From assembly GCA_002633005.1 (NCBI GenBank), contig NMRA01000259.1, forward strand, positions 525,181-589,180: 64,000 nucleotides of DNA, read 5' to 3'. A program made the position numbers and the translations under genes. Shown piece after piece: positions 1-16,600 of this stretch. The notes under the pieces were generated by a model that saw nothing but the letters and a program-made list of their open reading frames with translations, was not told the origin of the DNA and did not search any database. Positions within the stretch are counted from its first letter, which is position 1, and each line of letters starts with the position of its first letter. This stretch comes from Phoronis australis. Lineage: Eukaryota; Animalia; Phoronida.

Positions 1-147
1 ACGCAAGTGTAACAAAACCACGACTCCCAATTGGACTAAAATACGCCAAATCCTGCTTGGTCGTTAAGAGAGAACTCAATCGGCAGCATCATCAAAGCAT
101 GGCCACATATGTGACTCATGTGACCCGAGGACCCATCAATAACTTAC

Positions 148-210
148 ATGCCTCCTGGTGGAGCGAGGACTGGCCTGTGACCTTACTGACCCTGTCCTGT
201 GTTCATGTCT
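148..210 (-). CDS. ARHGAP39: ARHGAP39 probable coding exon 5 (RHEHRTGSVRSQASPRSTRRH); gene continues beyond window start
   Basis: ttgtttgcag acceptor, GTAAGT donor, 63 nt open in phase 0 after exon 4; no conserved motif, so supported by splice signals only. Confidence 0.6.
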
Positions 211-1348
211 CTGCAAACAATAGAAATACAAAATACAATACTGCAACTTTCTCTATGGACACCAGTGCCCGGTTGCATGAAACTGTCCCTATTAGGGACT
301 CGACAAACTTCCCTAAATCTTTTGCGTATTTGTTTCATTATTAATTCGCATATGTAACATTTTTCTATCATTTTATCTTCATTATGAGCTCTTTTTGTCT
401 AATGATATAATAATATAACTAAACACTGAGTCCTTAATTCAAATAAAATAATTAGGGACTTAGTCCTTAAATCAGGGGCGTTGCATGAAAAGATCCCTAC
501 TTGATTTCAATAATATTGAGAATTCAACATAAAATTCACTCTCGATTTGTATCAAAGTCAAAAACTGACATAGTAATGATACTCAAACGGCATAAGAAAG
601 GACAATCAGTGTTTTCACAAGCCCCCGATCTTCAGGGGATCGTCTTATCAAAGGCTTTTAGTCTGGACTTGGATAAGACAGTGGTAGGAACGTTGTTGCA
701 AATGCAACGCTGCACCTTTTAGAAGAGCAAAAATGTTGCAACTGCCATGGACTTAGTCAGGTATCAAAATCAAACTGAATAACTGCCGTCACAAGCCATG
801 TAACCAAACTTCTTGCAAATTGAAAGTGAAGTCATATCCATCTTAGTTATCAGTATACTAAACCCTCAGTTATTTCAACCAATCATCAAACTGACCTCTG
901 CCAATGTACCATTGACGTCTCATTTCAACAACAAAACCTAGTATTCAGCTAAAAACATTTAACTACTGTGAGGATATTATGTCCCTTGATCGATACAATG
1001 TAACGCGCCTGAAGCCTAGGTCACACTTGCCGATTTAGCAGAAATTGCAAGGAGTTTTCAAATTTGCCCCCAAACATTTGATGGTTGCCGAGGGCTACAA
1101 CACATTCTTTAGTTTTCGGCAGATGGACAGGAAAGTCATTGATAACATCTGTTAATAGGCCAAAGCTGGGTTCGGTATCCTTTTAAGACAGAAATTATAA
1201 CCATTGACAGAACGGACCTCGGCAGACTGTAAAACAGTTTAGGTATACGATATCTTTTGCTGAACAGAACTTAGATAAATAAGACATCAAAATGCTGCTG
1301 ATAAATGGCACAGACGAAAATATTCAACAATGTCTGTGGATTTCTTAC

Positions 1349-1441
1349 CTTCCTATCAGGAGTTTGCGTGGATATCTCCCGCTTCTCTTTCGCCGTCTTT
1401 TCGTCATCGTCATCGCGGACCTCTGTGTTCTGTTTAAGGGT
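1349..1441 (-). CDS. ARHGAP39: ARHGAP39 coding exon 4 (TLKQNTEVRDDDDEKTAKEKREISTQTPDRK)
   Basis: tttcag acceptor, GTAAGA donor, 93 nt phase 0; continues the conserved [14 protein letters not shown] motif. Confidence 0.88.
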
Positions 1442-4400
1442 CTGAAATGAGATGGTGACGGAAATGAAAACGTAAGACTTTGGAGTTCAGGTAGATATAA
1501 TAGCCATGTTTTGTATTCAACTCTCCTCTTCGGTCGAGGTAGAAAAACCCAAAGTTTTTGAAAGGTTGGGACGCAAGTATCCCCACTCAGCTCCCAAAAA
1601 ATTTTTATGTTGACGCAGAAACTCAACTTTGTTGGCATTGGAATGACAAATCACAAACTAACTTTCAAATAAAACTAATTGTGATGCCAGCAGCAAATAG
1701 ACGCGGCAAATAGAAGTGATACAGTGCCCTCTGGATGACAACATTGTGGGTAAATACCACAGAATCAGAGTGGCACGCTGGTATTTTGGGATGTGGTTAT
1801 TGTTGAACTCAGTCCAACTGTGTCAGCATTCTGACCTGTTGTGTCTAATGGTTAAGTGTCCATTAAAGCAATAAATAGACATCAGTGTCTGTATAAAGGA
1901 CTACTGCCAAACTGCTTTAATCAATAATAACATTGACTGAAGGACAGCAAATAGATTATACCAGAGGACAGACTGACTGCTCAGTTCTTGAGCAAATGAA
2001 CAGACTGCCAGCTGTTAACATTACATAGCACATGCAAGCCTTTAGTAAATCACAAGATTACATGGCTTTTCTTGTAAAAAATCACGGCACTTTTCCAAGA
2101 CAGAACAAAACTCGTAGCTCTCAATTCGTGTAAAAAAACGACACAGCCAAAACTGCATATTTTGGCCAGTAGTAATCAAATGACAATTATTTCAGTGTTT
2201 TGAAAGCTGTGCCAGCATTTCTAACTCCTAAAACATTCTTCAACATTCCACACTTTTTCCAAAACACAAGCAGTATTTAATGACTTTTCCGTGCCAATCT
2301 GAAATCCACGGGTTTTCGAGGAAGAACCCTGAAATACGCCACTTTTCTAGACTGCAACGACTATGCATTGCATCAAGTGACCAAAATCCTCGATCAAAGC
2401 TCAAGGAAACTATGACATCACTATAAACGCAAACTAGTGGATTTGAAGATAATTGTCGCATAATACCAGTTATTCTTTAAAGTAACTTACTAACTGCTCG
2501 ATAAATCGACCAATGGATGCTAACTTAGACTTGCGTCTCACCGGGACACTGTTCACTGTATACGAACCCTTACTCATGTCACAGGGCTGAGATATCACAG
2601 TTATAAACCCCGACTAGATCAACACCACACTATCACAACAGTCAGTACTTGAATCCAGGAAAAGATACACAGTACGTTTTCCAGTACAACGGTAATCCGA
2701 TAGAGCTCAATATCATTTCTCTTTCACATCAACTGAATTCACTCGAGATGAATAACATTTCCAGCTCACTACTTCCATAATTAGTAATGACTTGTTCTGA
2801 TCATCATGATCCACCACATAAAATATGTGCCACAAGAATCAAATATCGAGACATCCCATCAGAGCGAAACGGCTCATAGAACGATCCTGAAAATACACAT
2901 TCGTCTGCTGCACCAAATTCTAGTCGTGTTCGGTGGCAGAATTTCTGCTCACTCAACCACTCTCACGAAACCACGAAGCAAACAGGACACTCGGCCTGCC
3001 CCATCCTTCCAGCTGATCTAGACCAAAAATTGTAAGCACGATATTCCTAATCAATAGGCCCGCGATAGAGTATTGACCACTGTTAGACGACGTTTGTCAA
3101 ATGCATGGCCCTGGGCCACAATTATTGACATGTGGGGTTAATGTGAGGATATGTTTTCTCACTGATTAATTAACACTACAAAGTAAGGGTGTGCAGACCC
3201 AATAACTGTGTATACATCTACCAGATCCTACTCCCAAAGCATCGGAAGATAAGAGCTTATCTCACATAAGCTGCGAATACTCGCGGTATATTCATAATCC
3301 TTATTATAGCTGAACGTCAACAATTATATTTTACAATAGCTGTTCATGCAAGTCTTTTTCGGGGAGAATTTGTCTTTATTTTTTTCCGCAAAATAATCCC
3401 GTAACACTTGCATTCATGTGGTCAATTTTGAAGACTAGGGACAAAAGTCTTGCACAAGCAGGGCAAGTGTGGCTTTTAGTCTACAGAAGATGTGACAGGT
3501 TTGTTTCACAACAACAATCACTTACAAAGGTCCTCCCCTTTCCCCCTCCCTCTCTCCCCCATTTAGATAACCAGTTTAATGTACACATTATTCAGTGGAG
3601 AAAACTGGTTCTCAAAATACAAAATCCATGTAACTGACTATTACCGCTCAAAATGTGGAATGTCTCTGTAAGTGACTATTGTCATCATTTTTGTTTATTA
3701 GTGAAAGAGACAAAAGTTAATGAAGGCCAAAACCTTGAGATATGGCAAGCACGTGAGCACTCGAGAATATCAACCACATATGATTGAAAGAAAGGAGATA
3801 TTGGCCAACATTAAAATCCTATAATACAATGTGGTATTCTCTCAACTCTGCTTTAAAATCTACCATCAGCTCCATCACTGGCAGTGTGAATCGAACAAGA
3901 AACAATGGGTTGAATGTAAAAATCACAATGAAAGCCAGTGATAATGAATATATATAGACCCACTCTTTATCAATTAAGAAATCTGCATTAAGCTGTGTTT
4001 TGACCCTTTATACACAAGTAAAACGTCATTGAAAAAGTCACCCTGTGCTCGAATTCAAACTTAAATCAACTCTGCATCAGATTACTCGCAGGTTACGCAA
4101 ACAGTTAGGTACTTCCACACTTCCTGTAGATTTGTCGATTGCTAATTTGCAAAGTGAAGGCCTAATGGCTGGTTGAACAATAACAGACAATAGCCATTCT
4201 ATACAAACCAGTTAGCATTATTGATAGAGTATCAAGTAACACAGATCCAATAATTCAGTGAAGATTGCGCTCCAGTGCACATCAAACTATAGCAGGCCAA
4301 CTGTTCAATTGATCTTCCATGATTTAGTCACACACCCTTCACCTAGCAGATTTGTTTAGCTAAGGTTACGTTGGACCCTAAGACTGACGTCCAAATTCAG

Positions 4401-5433
4401 CTCACTTCGGAACTTTATGTTTCAAAAAACTAGATTCAGAGGAAGCTTTATGCTTTACAACTTGTTCCCCAAAACGCTTTAAGGAGTTGCTTTCAAAATG
4501 ATTCACTTTTGCAAGAGCAACTATCAGAAATAGGGTTTTTGTGATTTTTATGCAGTGACTCAAAAGTTGCATCACAGGAAGTAATAGTTTAAAATTGGTA
4601 ACAGCATTTTTGAGCTTTCACCTTGAACACTTGCATGAAACAAAATCTGCTCTTGTCATTAATGCTGTTTTGTTTTGCTAAGAATGTACATTTCGTTTTT
4701 GCTAAATTTTATAAAAACAAAATGTCACCTATCCGCCATGCTGTCTCCCAAGGTGGAGATTTTACTAAGCATTTAGAAGAATAATTTCATAATCGTTCGT
4801 AAACACCTAAGCAAGAAAAAACAAACTCACACACATGACTTCTGACAGCGATCACCACATCAGACAAGTCTTAGCTACACAAACCCATTACTCCTGCCCA
4901 GAATTCTTTGACACGGTTAAAAGAGATTACAATCTAGGTAGAAATAGACATCTTTTGGAGAATAAATGCTGTCACTGGCATAACGAAACCCTTCCACCAC
5001 CAAAATGAGATAATCAGGATGTGTACTTAGCATGTGATATATCATATCGGATAGCAGATGGTTTAATTTGACACCGGTACTCTGTTGATGTTGAGAGTAC
5101 GCATAGCTATTTTTAAAAATAAAATTGTTTTAAGCTATGATTTGATACACAAATCAGTCACATTTCCAATTTTGCAAGGTATCGATTGCGGCACCAACTA
5201 CAAACTTTTCATTTCGAAAACACACCACATCTAGTGTACCCGCACCATGAACTAGTCAAAATCTGGGAGCAACATGTATGTATAGTCCTAGGTCAAAACA
5301 TTATGTATGTCATTACTTCTGTTATTACGTCCCGGTCCAAAAGAGGTCCATTTCTACTTTACAAATATCATACTACAGTAACTATTGAAGTAACTTGTAC
5401 ACTTAAAACAAGGTTGGTAGCTGAATGGGCTCC

Positions 5434-6366
<933 letters not shown>

Positions 6367-6863
6367 TCAGATTCATTTTTTCTTGAATATAAGAAGTTAA
6401 ACTTCCACTCGTACTGACTTTAGCAACAAAATAAATATAATAAGATGCCAACTAATGAACGATCATAGGCTGTTAATTTGTTCAATATATAACAGCCCTT
6501 GGTGTATCCATAGGAAAATCAGTCACCTCCACATCAGGGTACTTGATTAATGATTGCATTCTTACCTAGGATGTTACCCCAGTAATTGTGTGAAACTGAA
6601 AGTTCTCATTTCAAACAAGGAAGCTGAATCTTTGTTTGACACAAAGCATGACTTTTGCTCAAATACATTTAGCAAAGCATAATGGGTTTCTAAAGAAAAG
6701 CATACTGCTTTGTACCTTCCTTAAACGGACTTTTGTTATTCTCGATGTATAGGACTATCCCGATGGTCCTACCTATGCATTAGCAGCACAAGCAACGATA
6801 ATATAAATACTAACACACAGGCGCGTCAAAAGCTATGTGAAATAGCTGCTTTGTGCCATATAC

Positions 6864-7002
6864 CACCTTATTCACGCAGACACTATACTTAATCAAAGCG
6901 CAAACCGCAATTTTCCGCGTGTCTCGTATTTATGTATCAAATGCACGTTTCTTTCAAATTTAAAGAGACTTTATTTAAAATGGCGACATCGTAAATAAGG
7001 TC
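6864..7002. mobile_element. Small degenerate TIR element
   Basis: accttattcacg ... cgtaaataaggt inverted ends; TSD not clear. Confidence 0.3.
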
Positions 7003-7067
7003 TACTGTATCGGCACGAGAAAAACACAAAGATCAGCTGTAGCAATTGTTTAGAATACTCGACAGTA

Positions 7068-7308
7068 CGGTAAAATCTCACTAATTTTGAACAAAAATAA
7101 TTGCCAAAATTGGTCTTTTTATTTTTCAAAAGCTTCCAATATTATAGCGAATGTCCACGATTTATCAGAATCGTTGTCAGAACGAAGCTACGTTATAGAT
7201 CTTTAAACATGAAACAGCCTTTATTTAGTTACTAATCTTTTAGGAAAAATGAAAACATAAATTTCACTCGTCTCGTGTGTTGTGCCCTAAACTGTTGAGA
7301 TTTTATCG
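7068..7308 (+). mobile_element. Tc1/mariner-pogo-like MITE (~240-260 bp), clearest copy of a family dispersed through the window
   Basis: TA|CGGTAAAATCTCA ... TGAGATTTTATCG|TA; related decayed copies near 8402, 10290 (inverted), 13680, 19810, 23240, 24490 (inverted), 28005, 46485, 54840. Confidence 0.7.
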
Positions 7309-8401
7309 TACCAACGGTAGAAGTATATATTTGTTGTTTGCAGCTGTTGGAATCGTCTCAAAATTTTATCACTCACATAGAACAAAGTCAGGCTATAAGT
7401 TTAACCTCCATTACATTTGAGAACTAATGAATAATTCAGTATGGTCAGAATGATGTTTTTGACATATTGTAAGAGTTAAGTTGACATAAGTTACCCTAAA
7501 AGCCCTATTGTTCACAATTAATTAATAAAAAAGTCTGCGCATTGAAATTTAACGACCACAGAATCTGCATCAATGTCTGTGTGGTCATGACATCAGCTTT
7601 TAAATATAAACTGGTTAATATTACGGGTGTAAATTCATTATCACTAGAGTGTTTGATGCTACTGCGGTCCCCAGTAAAGAAATCTTAACTTCATGTTTCT
7701 AGAGATTACACGAGCTGAAAAACGGCGTGAACGCGGTACACAGCAAAAAAATCATAGAAATAGTCATCTTTTGTAATAGTACTCTAGTCTTCTGACAGTG
7801 ACTAGTCAAGTGAAAGACTTCCTACAAAATTAATCATTGCAATACTTATCACATCCGTGATGAATGTCAGTAAACGAGATTTCAATAGCCATCATAATTC
7901 CTCTTCACTAGATGACATTGGGGTAGCTGGAGGACAGCCTTCTTCATTATTGTATGGATTTAATTAATAGTGATATTTCCAACATATTTAATGAACTTTT
8001 TGCGACCATCAACTCAACCCGTCATGAACAGAATTAAAAATTAGGTCAAGGTCATGGTAAAGATCTTTTGTGCTATCACAATGGTAAAGAGACGTATATA
8101 AAATGTTTCCTAAAACACTACACTCAGCCAACCCCAGCAGGTTATGAAAAGTGGAGCTAACAGCCCACAGTCAATCTTAGAATCACATTATCTTTTGTAA
8201 ACAGTAAACAAATCTGTTTAATGAGTTTCTCATCTTCCTACTGGTTGCCGAGATGAGCTGATAAACTTTGGTGGCTATTGCTGTTTCAGTGTATTTAATA
8301 ACTTTTATGAAATTGAAAATCATCTGAATTCAACAAAAAATTAAGTTTTGAGTTCAAACGAGTTATTATCTGGTACAAAACCCATTTCTAGCAAAAGACT
8401 A

Positions 8402-8658
8402 CAGTAAAATCTTGCCAATTTAGGAGAAAAAATAACTGCCAAAATGTTTTTCTTCACTTTTCAAGGTCTTCTCTCATTGTTTTGAATGACTCAAATTTTT
8501 GAAAAACCGTGTTTGACGGTAGCTGTGATACAAAACTTGGACACGGAAAATCAATAATTTGATGGTATGTGTAGCTCATGGAAAAAATGATCAAACAAAA
8601 TTTCTTCACGTGTTGCGGTGTTGGTCATAATGTGTCATCAATTGGCGTGATTTCAACG
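8402..8658 (+). mobile_element. pogo-like MITE copy
   Basis: TA|CAGTAAAATCTTGCCAATT ... AATTGGCGTGATTTCAACG|TA; internal similarity to the 7068 copy. Confidence 0.65.
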
Positions 8659-11484
8659 TAACTTTTGTATTCAGATCATTTACTAGTCTTGACTTTATCC
8701 TTACTCAAACGAGAAATAATGTGAGATCTGAGCACGGGAAGAGAAATAATTGCTAGAAACCTAGGCAACGTGGCACCCTTCTACGTGTGCCGTAGGGTCA
8801 CCTGACTCCCTACGATGGCTATGTTCTCACTTAATATATTTTGAACAGCAGTAGCTGAATTTCAGCTACAAAGTAAGAAATTTTCACTCAATCAAAAATA
8901 CAGTTTACACCATAGAATGATAATTTTGAAAGCAATTAGTTGCTTCTGCAACTCCTCTTAATTCTAAACATGCATTCAATGAAGCAAGTTTTTGCAGACT
9001 CAGATCCATTCTGTGAACAATACCAAACCCACTTTTTGATGTTCTTATTTTTTTTCTGTCACCAAATGCTGTGATGTAAGCTGACCTATGTCAATTCATG
9101 CAGTTAAAACTTTAACCCTAAGACTATGACATAGGCTGACATACGTCAACCATAGTTCGAAATTTGACCAACCAGAGCGCCTCATGCGGCCACCAAGAGC
9201 ACCCCAAGTGGTGAATTCTAAACACTCCTTGGCCAAACGGAGTCCCGTGATAGAAAATCCGATGTGACTTGACAAAACTATGCAAATGTGTGCTACCCAA
9301 CGAAGCCAAATTGTCTTCAAAATCACAAAATTTTTAAATTACCACAGATGGTGAATTTTAGTGCAGTTTACATGTTGATTTTCACAAATTTCTTAAATTG
9401 AATTCATAATTAGGGAAATCATGATTAGTGACGTATCTCGGGCTTGAAACATTGCATATACTGACCATAAACTGACCGGTCACTGCCTGATCTCAGATAA
9501 CAACAAACTGTCAGTTCTAATGCCCAACATCACTTCTAATCTCAGTAAGGAACAATTTGAGACCACAGCAGTAAGTGGTCTTAATCAAAGCAGGGTTTCT
9601 TTTACCACATGTCTAGAACACCTCAAGCTACATGAGAGCCAGGCGCCTAACATCATGCACTAGCGACACCTATTGTTTCTACAGGCCAGCATGGTAAATA
9701 AGACTGGGCTAATCACAGCTGGACTGATGGCTATACATCCATGTGTAATCTGTTCTCAAGTCGGTCAAAACCCACATGAGACAGCACGCACAAGCTAAGT
9801 TCACATTTGGATTTGTTACATCATACACAGCACCCAAATAAGGGATGAGAAATTTGACCTAATTCAGCTCGTGTAGAGGTTCGGAGGTTCTTTCAAAGCT
9901 ACCAACAACTCATGAAAACCCTTCAGTTTATTGTGGTTAGACAACACTGAAATTGCCAATCCCAATATCATAACCAAAATAGAATCCCATCACGGTGAGG
10001 TATATTATGACACTGATTTCATGACCGTAAAAGGCCTAATTTGATTTCCGTATTTTTCGGCAGTAAAACAGAATGTTTAAATAAAATTGATATGTAAATT
10101 AAGATTTATTCAGGTCTAAGGTAAACAAACTAGCAGTTCGTCAAGTATGCACATTGCTAAATATTAAAGTGTTAAGTCTCCAAGGACATCTCAAGAGAAT
10201 AAATACTAAATAACAAATATGACAGTCATTAGCATTTCCATATTACAGAACCAGACTCTATTACTAAAGTCAAACTTGTCTATTTCTGTAATTCTTCACA
10301 TTTATGGACGACAAGTGGAATTCTTTTCAGTTAATTTTCTCCACAAAAGTGAACATTTTAGTCTATTGTAGAGTGTAGACGTCACAAAACAAACATTTGC
10401 TAAAATTCCCATCACATGCGCGAAAGGAATTCCAGCCTTTGAAAAATGGAAACATGATCACTTTTGTAATGATTTTTGAGAATTACTGAACATTAGCAGG
10501 AAAATACGTACTATCAACGTTGAATGCTTAAAAAGGAAGTCTTTCTGAAGCATCATTTTGTGGACACTGACACGACTCATTAAAAACAGGAAGTGACCAA
10601 TCACACTACAGAGACTCATCCGTCATCGTTCTGGCCTTTGTGCGAGACACCGAAACAGACTTAATTTTAACCAGGACTTGAGGATTTATGTCGAGTTAAG
10701 AGTTAACGGAGGAGTGGAATCTACCAGTCCAATATTAACGCTCGTAAGATGCGAACTGATGAATAGGGTGAAATTTCACTTGTCATACAAACGGGCGTAG
10801 CGTGTAAGGATTGACAAGTTTTGCATAAATTCGACGGTTTGAACTCTTTCATTAGTACTTGGGTTCATCTTTGATTAAAAGTGTCGCTGACATAAAAATT
10901 TGTTATTTATTTGTTTTTAAGCCTTTAACCCGAGGCACTTGATATTCTCAGCAACCACCCTCAAATACTAGGCACTATTTCTATTTTTCACCTTCAGAGA
11001 TGATCACTCAGTTACAAATCTAGGTGAAAAATTGACAAAGAAATTGTCTACGAATAGGACCAATTCATTCGTAGGTTTGCAACCCAACCATGAAAAGTGA
11101 AGGGTGCGTATCTATTGGCTTAGAATTCCTCAAACTTTCATTGGCTAAAATAAGACTCACGTCAACCACCGCGAAAACATGCCTTGCCAGCAATCCTTGG
11201 TAACCCGGTAGTCGTCCTATTTGGGAGTCTACAAATCATTTGCAAGTTATGCGACCACATATCAAAAACAAAACAAAAGCATCTGCGAGGCAACCCGTCA
11301 GCTCTATAGTCATTCATCAAGGTTTGCATTTTCCAGTAAGATTGAACTCCACAGGGGGTCTGACACTGTCTCTGTCCCTGTCTTCGCAAAACATGTCCGC
11401 TGCCATGTGGGATTGTATAATTTTCCTCCACAGTCCATCTGTGTGTAAACCCTCATTTACAGAAAACTTGCAGTGAATGTCACA

Positions 11485-11931
11485 AGGGCCTTTCATACTA
11501 ACATTGACGCGTCGATGGTTTGGGGAGTTGCGGTCAGTACGAGCGCTTAACTCCAGTCCTAGATCGCAGTTTACAGCTCCATTTAACATCGCAGTTAAGA
11601 GGTGGATTTAAGACTGCAGCATCGACGCTGCGGTGCAATATGAACGCTTATCTCCGGTCCAATCGAAGTTATCGCCAGGTGCCACTGCTATCGTAAACAA
11701 TTACAGAGTAGTGCCGTCACTAATAACTACTTATTTTTTGCACATTTAAATTTTCCCAAATTATCACACTGAAAAAATCTTAGCATGCAGCGCTACATTG
11801 CGATAACTTCGATGACGTCAGTGTCACCAACCCTTTACTTCGATGTTCATTACTACCGAAGCCAGTATGAACGGTCCAGTTTACTGCGCTGTTTACGCTC
11901 AGACCGGAGTTAAGTCAATGTGAAAGGGCTT
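11485..11931. mobile_element. Harbinger-like MITE (447 bp)
   Basis: Imperfect TIR AGGGCCTTTCATACT / AAGCCCTTTCACATT; 3-bp flanking duplication ACA; CpG-rich interior. Confidence 0.55.
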
Positions 11932-13504
11932 ACAGTGAGATTTTGTAAGTTCAGGAAATGGACTATCGATAAGCTGCACTCTCCTATTAGACACTTTAAT
12001 TGGCTGAAAATTTTTAACATCGCAATGTCAAAAATACCATAAGATTGTTAAAATCTTCATCTATCTTAGAAGACTGCCACCTGAACATACAACTTATACC
12101 GTGCTTACCTCTGTTCATACCTACAGTGGGGTTTTGCACACTTCTTTACAACCAGAGAAGCAATTTCCAAAATTTTGGTATTAATAAGTTATCATTCCCT
12201 TGAAGAAAAATCGAGCACGAGGAAGTTCAGTTTGTACTTTTCATATGCTTTTATCGAGCATGAAAGTTAGGACAATTGCCGCTACTTCTGTGATGAACTG
12301 AAGCCGCGAAAAGACCAAAAGCTGATCATTTTTATAACTTTTTAGCTTGTATAATACAGGTGCTTACTGTTTAGCCACAAAACAAAGAATGTGGTAGCGG
12401 AAGGCAGCAATTTTTTGAAAAAACATTCAGTAATTTTGCAAACTTTTTCAAATCTTAATCGAAATGGCAAGTACAAAGACTCTCTTCAACAGAAAGTGGT
12501 TTGAACTACACAAAACACAAAAGCTATCTTATGCCTGAACCTTGAAACATCGACCCAACAATTACAGCAAAACAGGGAAAACCATGTAATTACCAGCATG
12601 TGATTAGGTCTTTTGTCTCTCAATACTAACAGCACTCCAGAATTGTGTTTTAATTGCCTGCACACATGCGCCTACAGAAACACAGATTCTAAGTCAACAG
12701 TCGTGGGAGTCGTCCAGCGCAGTGGCTGATCAATATCTTTTCACAAATTAATTGGTCATAAATTAAACAAGGGCATTGATTTTACTTTATAGTTTTCTAA
12801 TTTGTTCGCTTAGGTGTGACAAGTATTAAGACTGGCAGGAAACAAACGCAAAGTTTATGCAGATTTGCTCATCAGCTCATGAAAGAGATATGAAATTTAG
12901 GGTAAAATCCTGTTATTTTCAACTTTTCCAAAACATCCTACAGTTGTGCAAGAATTCAAAATTCAGCGAATGCTGTCCAGGGTCAGCTCTATATATCATG
13001 CTGACATCAAAGTGAGATTTTTGCATTAATAATAATCCTACATAGAGAAAATTCAAGACGTGAAATTTTACCTGCTTTCCACCATACCGTGCTCCAAACT
13101 CAAGAATTTGTACCGTAACTGGAGAGCAAAATTTGCATGCATTGTTTAAATAAATCACAGACTTTGCTAAAGAGGCAACAAACCCATGCTTGCTGTCAAA
13201 AAACAACTTTTGATTTAGACCTAGTAGTTGTGTAAAATACCTCTCATCTTGTTCCATTCCTCAGAAATAATGTATTCTATCTGAAGATGGCTTTGTTCTT
13301 TTTCTGGTTTCTACTCGTTGAGAAACAATTAACATGTCGAGTTATCTTAAAAATATCTTATTCGTTACTTTGCAATAGCAAAATGGAACTTGCTGATTTA
13401 CGAAACGGAAAAAAAGAATTTTGGTTTACAAAACAGGTTACTCTGTTCTTGAAAACAGAAAACAAGAGTATTCACTTAAGACAGACAAATGAGGGTGCAA
13501 CTCA

Positions 13505-13621
<117 letters not shown>

Positions 13622-16600
13622 TCATAACCATCAATCCTGCTCCACATCAAAACGTGGCTAAGGTCACACGAGTATATGTTACAGTTATTCTCCGTTTATT
13701 TTGCACAAAAATAATTACCAAAATTACGCTTTTTTCCATTTTTCAGAGGCCAATTACTTCACTACAAATAATGGATAATTTACCAAAAGTTGTTACGTGA
13801 CATCAATACCACACAAACCATGCTAGTGACAGACTAAAATTTAATTAATCTTTATTTGTGTGGAGAAATTTGACAAAATAGAATTTCACTTGTCAGCTAT
13901 AATGAATGCTAAATAAGTCGAAAATTACTGTAGCAATGAAGAAGCGCTAACCAGACTGGCCTCATGTCATGGAGGTTAGTACACTGGACAAAGAACAAAG
14001 TAATGTATAATGACCACTTGGATGAGAATAGTCAAACTGGATTATGACCCGGAGAATCATACTTGTCAACATAATTCAACAATAACACGGATGACCTGGG
14101 CGGCTGGGCCCAGGGTCTAATCTATTAATTCACACTCTCATCCCCTTACTCGAAACTTAGCCAAGCACACCTCAAGTATCAATTTGTAAGATTACTTGAA
14201 ATGTTGCGTGCAACTTGTCATTTCTCGAGAGGGATTAAGGAAGTTTTGTACATTTTGAGAGCAAAAATTTGTGCAAGGCAAGCATACAGGAAGAACTGGG
14301 GTACTTTCAAAGACTCGGTCGTTTAAATTGGGGGAGGGGGGCTTCAAGTCGACCACGAGAGTTGAAAACTGAAAATTTTAGAAATTTTGCAGGTGGGCTT
14401 AACCCTCATATAGACATTAACCAGAACAAGCATGGTAGACCCACAACTGTTGTATGTCCTATAGTTTGCCAACTACTACAAAAACAAGAAATCCACAAGA
14501 CTGCCCAAGGAAAACAAGAGTCTTATCTATAGCAATGTAGGCAGTCAGATCACATGAAACCTTCATGTTACAAATGCCCCCTGCTGGTGAACAGATTTGT
14601 TCCACTCCAATGAGATGACAAAAGGGGTCCCTTTTTGATCCATCTGTCTCCGAAACGTTGACTTGACCAGTGTTAACATTTTAGGGTTCACACAGAAACA
14701 GTGCTCAAATTACAAGACATTCCAGATAAAGAACACAAAGATAAACACAGCTACACATTGAATTTTATCGCCAGCAATGACCTTAGTGCCATCCCCATCT
14801 GCAATTTTCCCGTTTTCTTCTCTAAAATTTCAATCGGACACAATTTAACAGATATTCTGAATTCCATCAAATGTGCCTGAACTAATACCAGAAATTTTAT
14901 TCAGGAGTTACCAAAGGCTTGTCTACTCAGTTAGGAGTAGTATAGTGTCAATGCCTGCCAATAAGAGCACTGAAAATACAGGTATTCCGGCAGCCAGCAG
15001 GAATCCTTGGGAACGGAATTAATACTGTTAATTTTTTTCCCGTAACATTTCTGTGATGTCGAAATGCATGGGACACAGCTAAAATCACTATCAACAGCCA
15101 TAGCCCAAGAAATGCCTCATTCAATGGAGAGGGGTCAGTTACATAATGCTACCTTTCCTGAATGTGACAAAACTCAAGACAGGGTAATATTGAAAGAGCA
15201 CCACACCACACAGTGTATGGAGCAGGTAGGTACCACCTTACTAAAATAACATTCTGACAATTCATCAGAACTCCCCACAGGCATTTCACAGGGCTGGCTG
15301 AGACCAGGAGCTTATCACTATGTGTCTGTCATAACATGAAATGAATGACAAATTTATGTCAAAAGAAACCTCAGCAACTCTAGACAAAAGTAAACACCAC
15401 TTTTCAAGGGTTCAGCAATCGTGATTGCCCACAATTTTTTAAAACAATTATCATATCAAGGCAGTTGTCATTATATTCAAACCTGCCCAAAACTTTGGAA
15501 GCGGGTAGCCAACAATGAACTTTGCCAAAAATCATGCTTCCAATGGAAGTCCACCGTTGAGGTTTTTCAACCCCATCTGCACATTCTGTCTACATGTCCA
15601 GGGGGTGTTTGGAGTTTCCAAATGGGCATTCCAAGATAAATTTGGACATAAGTCACAACATGAACAACAAATAACTCTGGAGAACAAGCAGTAGAGGGCA
15701 CCAAAAAAACAAACCAGCTTCCAAACGAAACAAAGTTTGGTAATATCCGAGGTTAATGCAATATAATAGAATAGGTACAGCGTAACGATCTGAAGTAGTT
15801 CTAGAAAAATGGACACAGAATTTTATCCACGTTGAATGAGATTGTGCCACAGAACACACCAACACCACAAGTCATCGACCATACATAACACCAAGAACAC
15901 ACTTAATACCAACCGCACCAGGAACATCATTGACACCCAACACGTGATCCTCGTTGAGATCCAATAGGTGAACGTTCTTAGATGAGACACAACTCTCATC
16001 TCTAAAAATAGGTGCAGATTGAGTACTTGACTAATGATGAAAATTTGCTCCAGAAAGAACTGCAGTTTTCACCTAATTACACGGGCATTATAGGCCAGTT
16101 AGATAAAACCCATCAATCCCAAGCTAAGAATCGAACCCAGAATCTCACAAGTACATTCTGGGCTAGCGGACAACTATCCGTGTACACTCACCGGAAGGCA
16201 CAGATACATATCCGAAGGCCGGGCATTGACAATCCTCGACTCCTGGTCATCGACAAGCCCCGACTTCCTAAGTCACACTGCATACTAAACACTGCAGGAA
16301 CCTTTCACCAAGTCCCATCAACATGCTGACACACCAAGCTTTTCATCTCCACCTGGCTTTCTACACTGATGCCCAGGCCTTACATTCCAACATCTAGATA
16401 TCAATATTTAGTCCAGATGTCATAACACAACCGACACCATCTACAGCCTCATCATTAATAAGACTGTACCAAGTTAATGCCATGGTAATCTTATTCTGGC
16501 TCAATAAACCATATAGAGTACATGCAGCAATTCTTGGCATAGGCTCTGCGACTTTGTATCTGCATTTTCTCCATACGTCAATACTTATGCTTTTTTAATC

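Noticed and set aside
268-500. Possible MITE (ttgcatgaaa / tagggact motifs, similar to ~42845-42890)
   Set aside because: Termini too degenerate and no TSD to set boundaries
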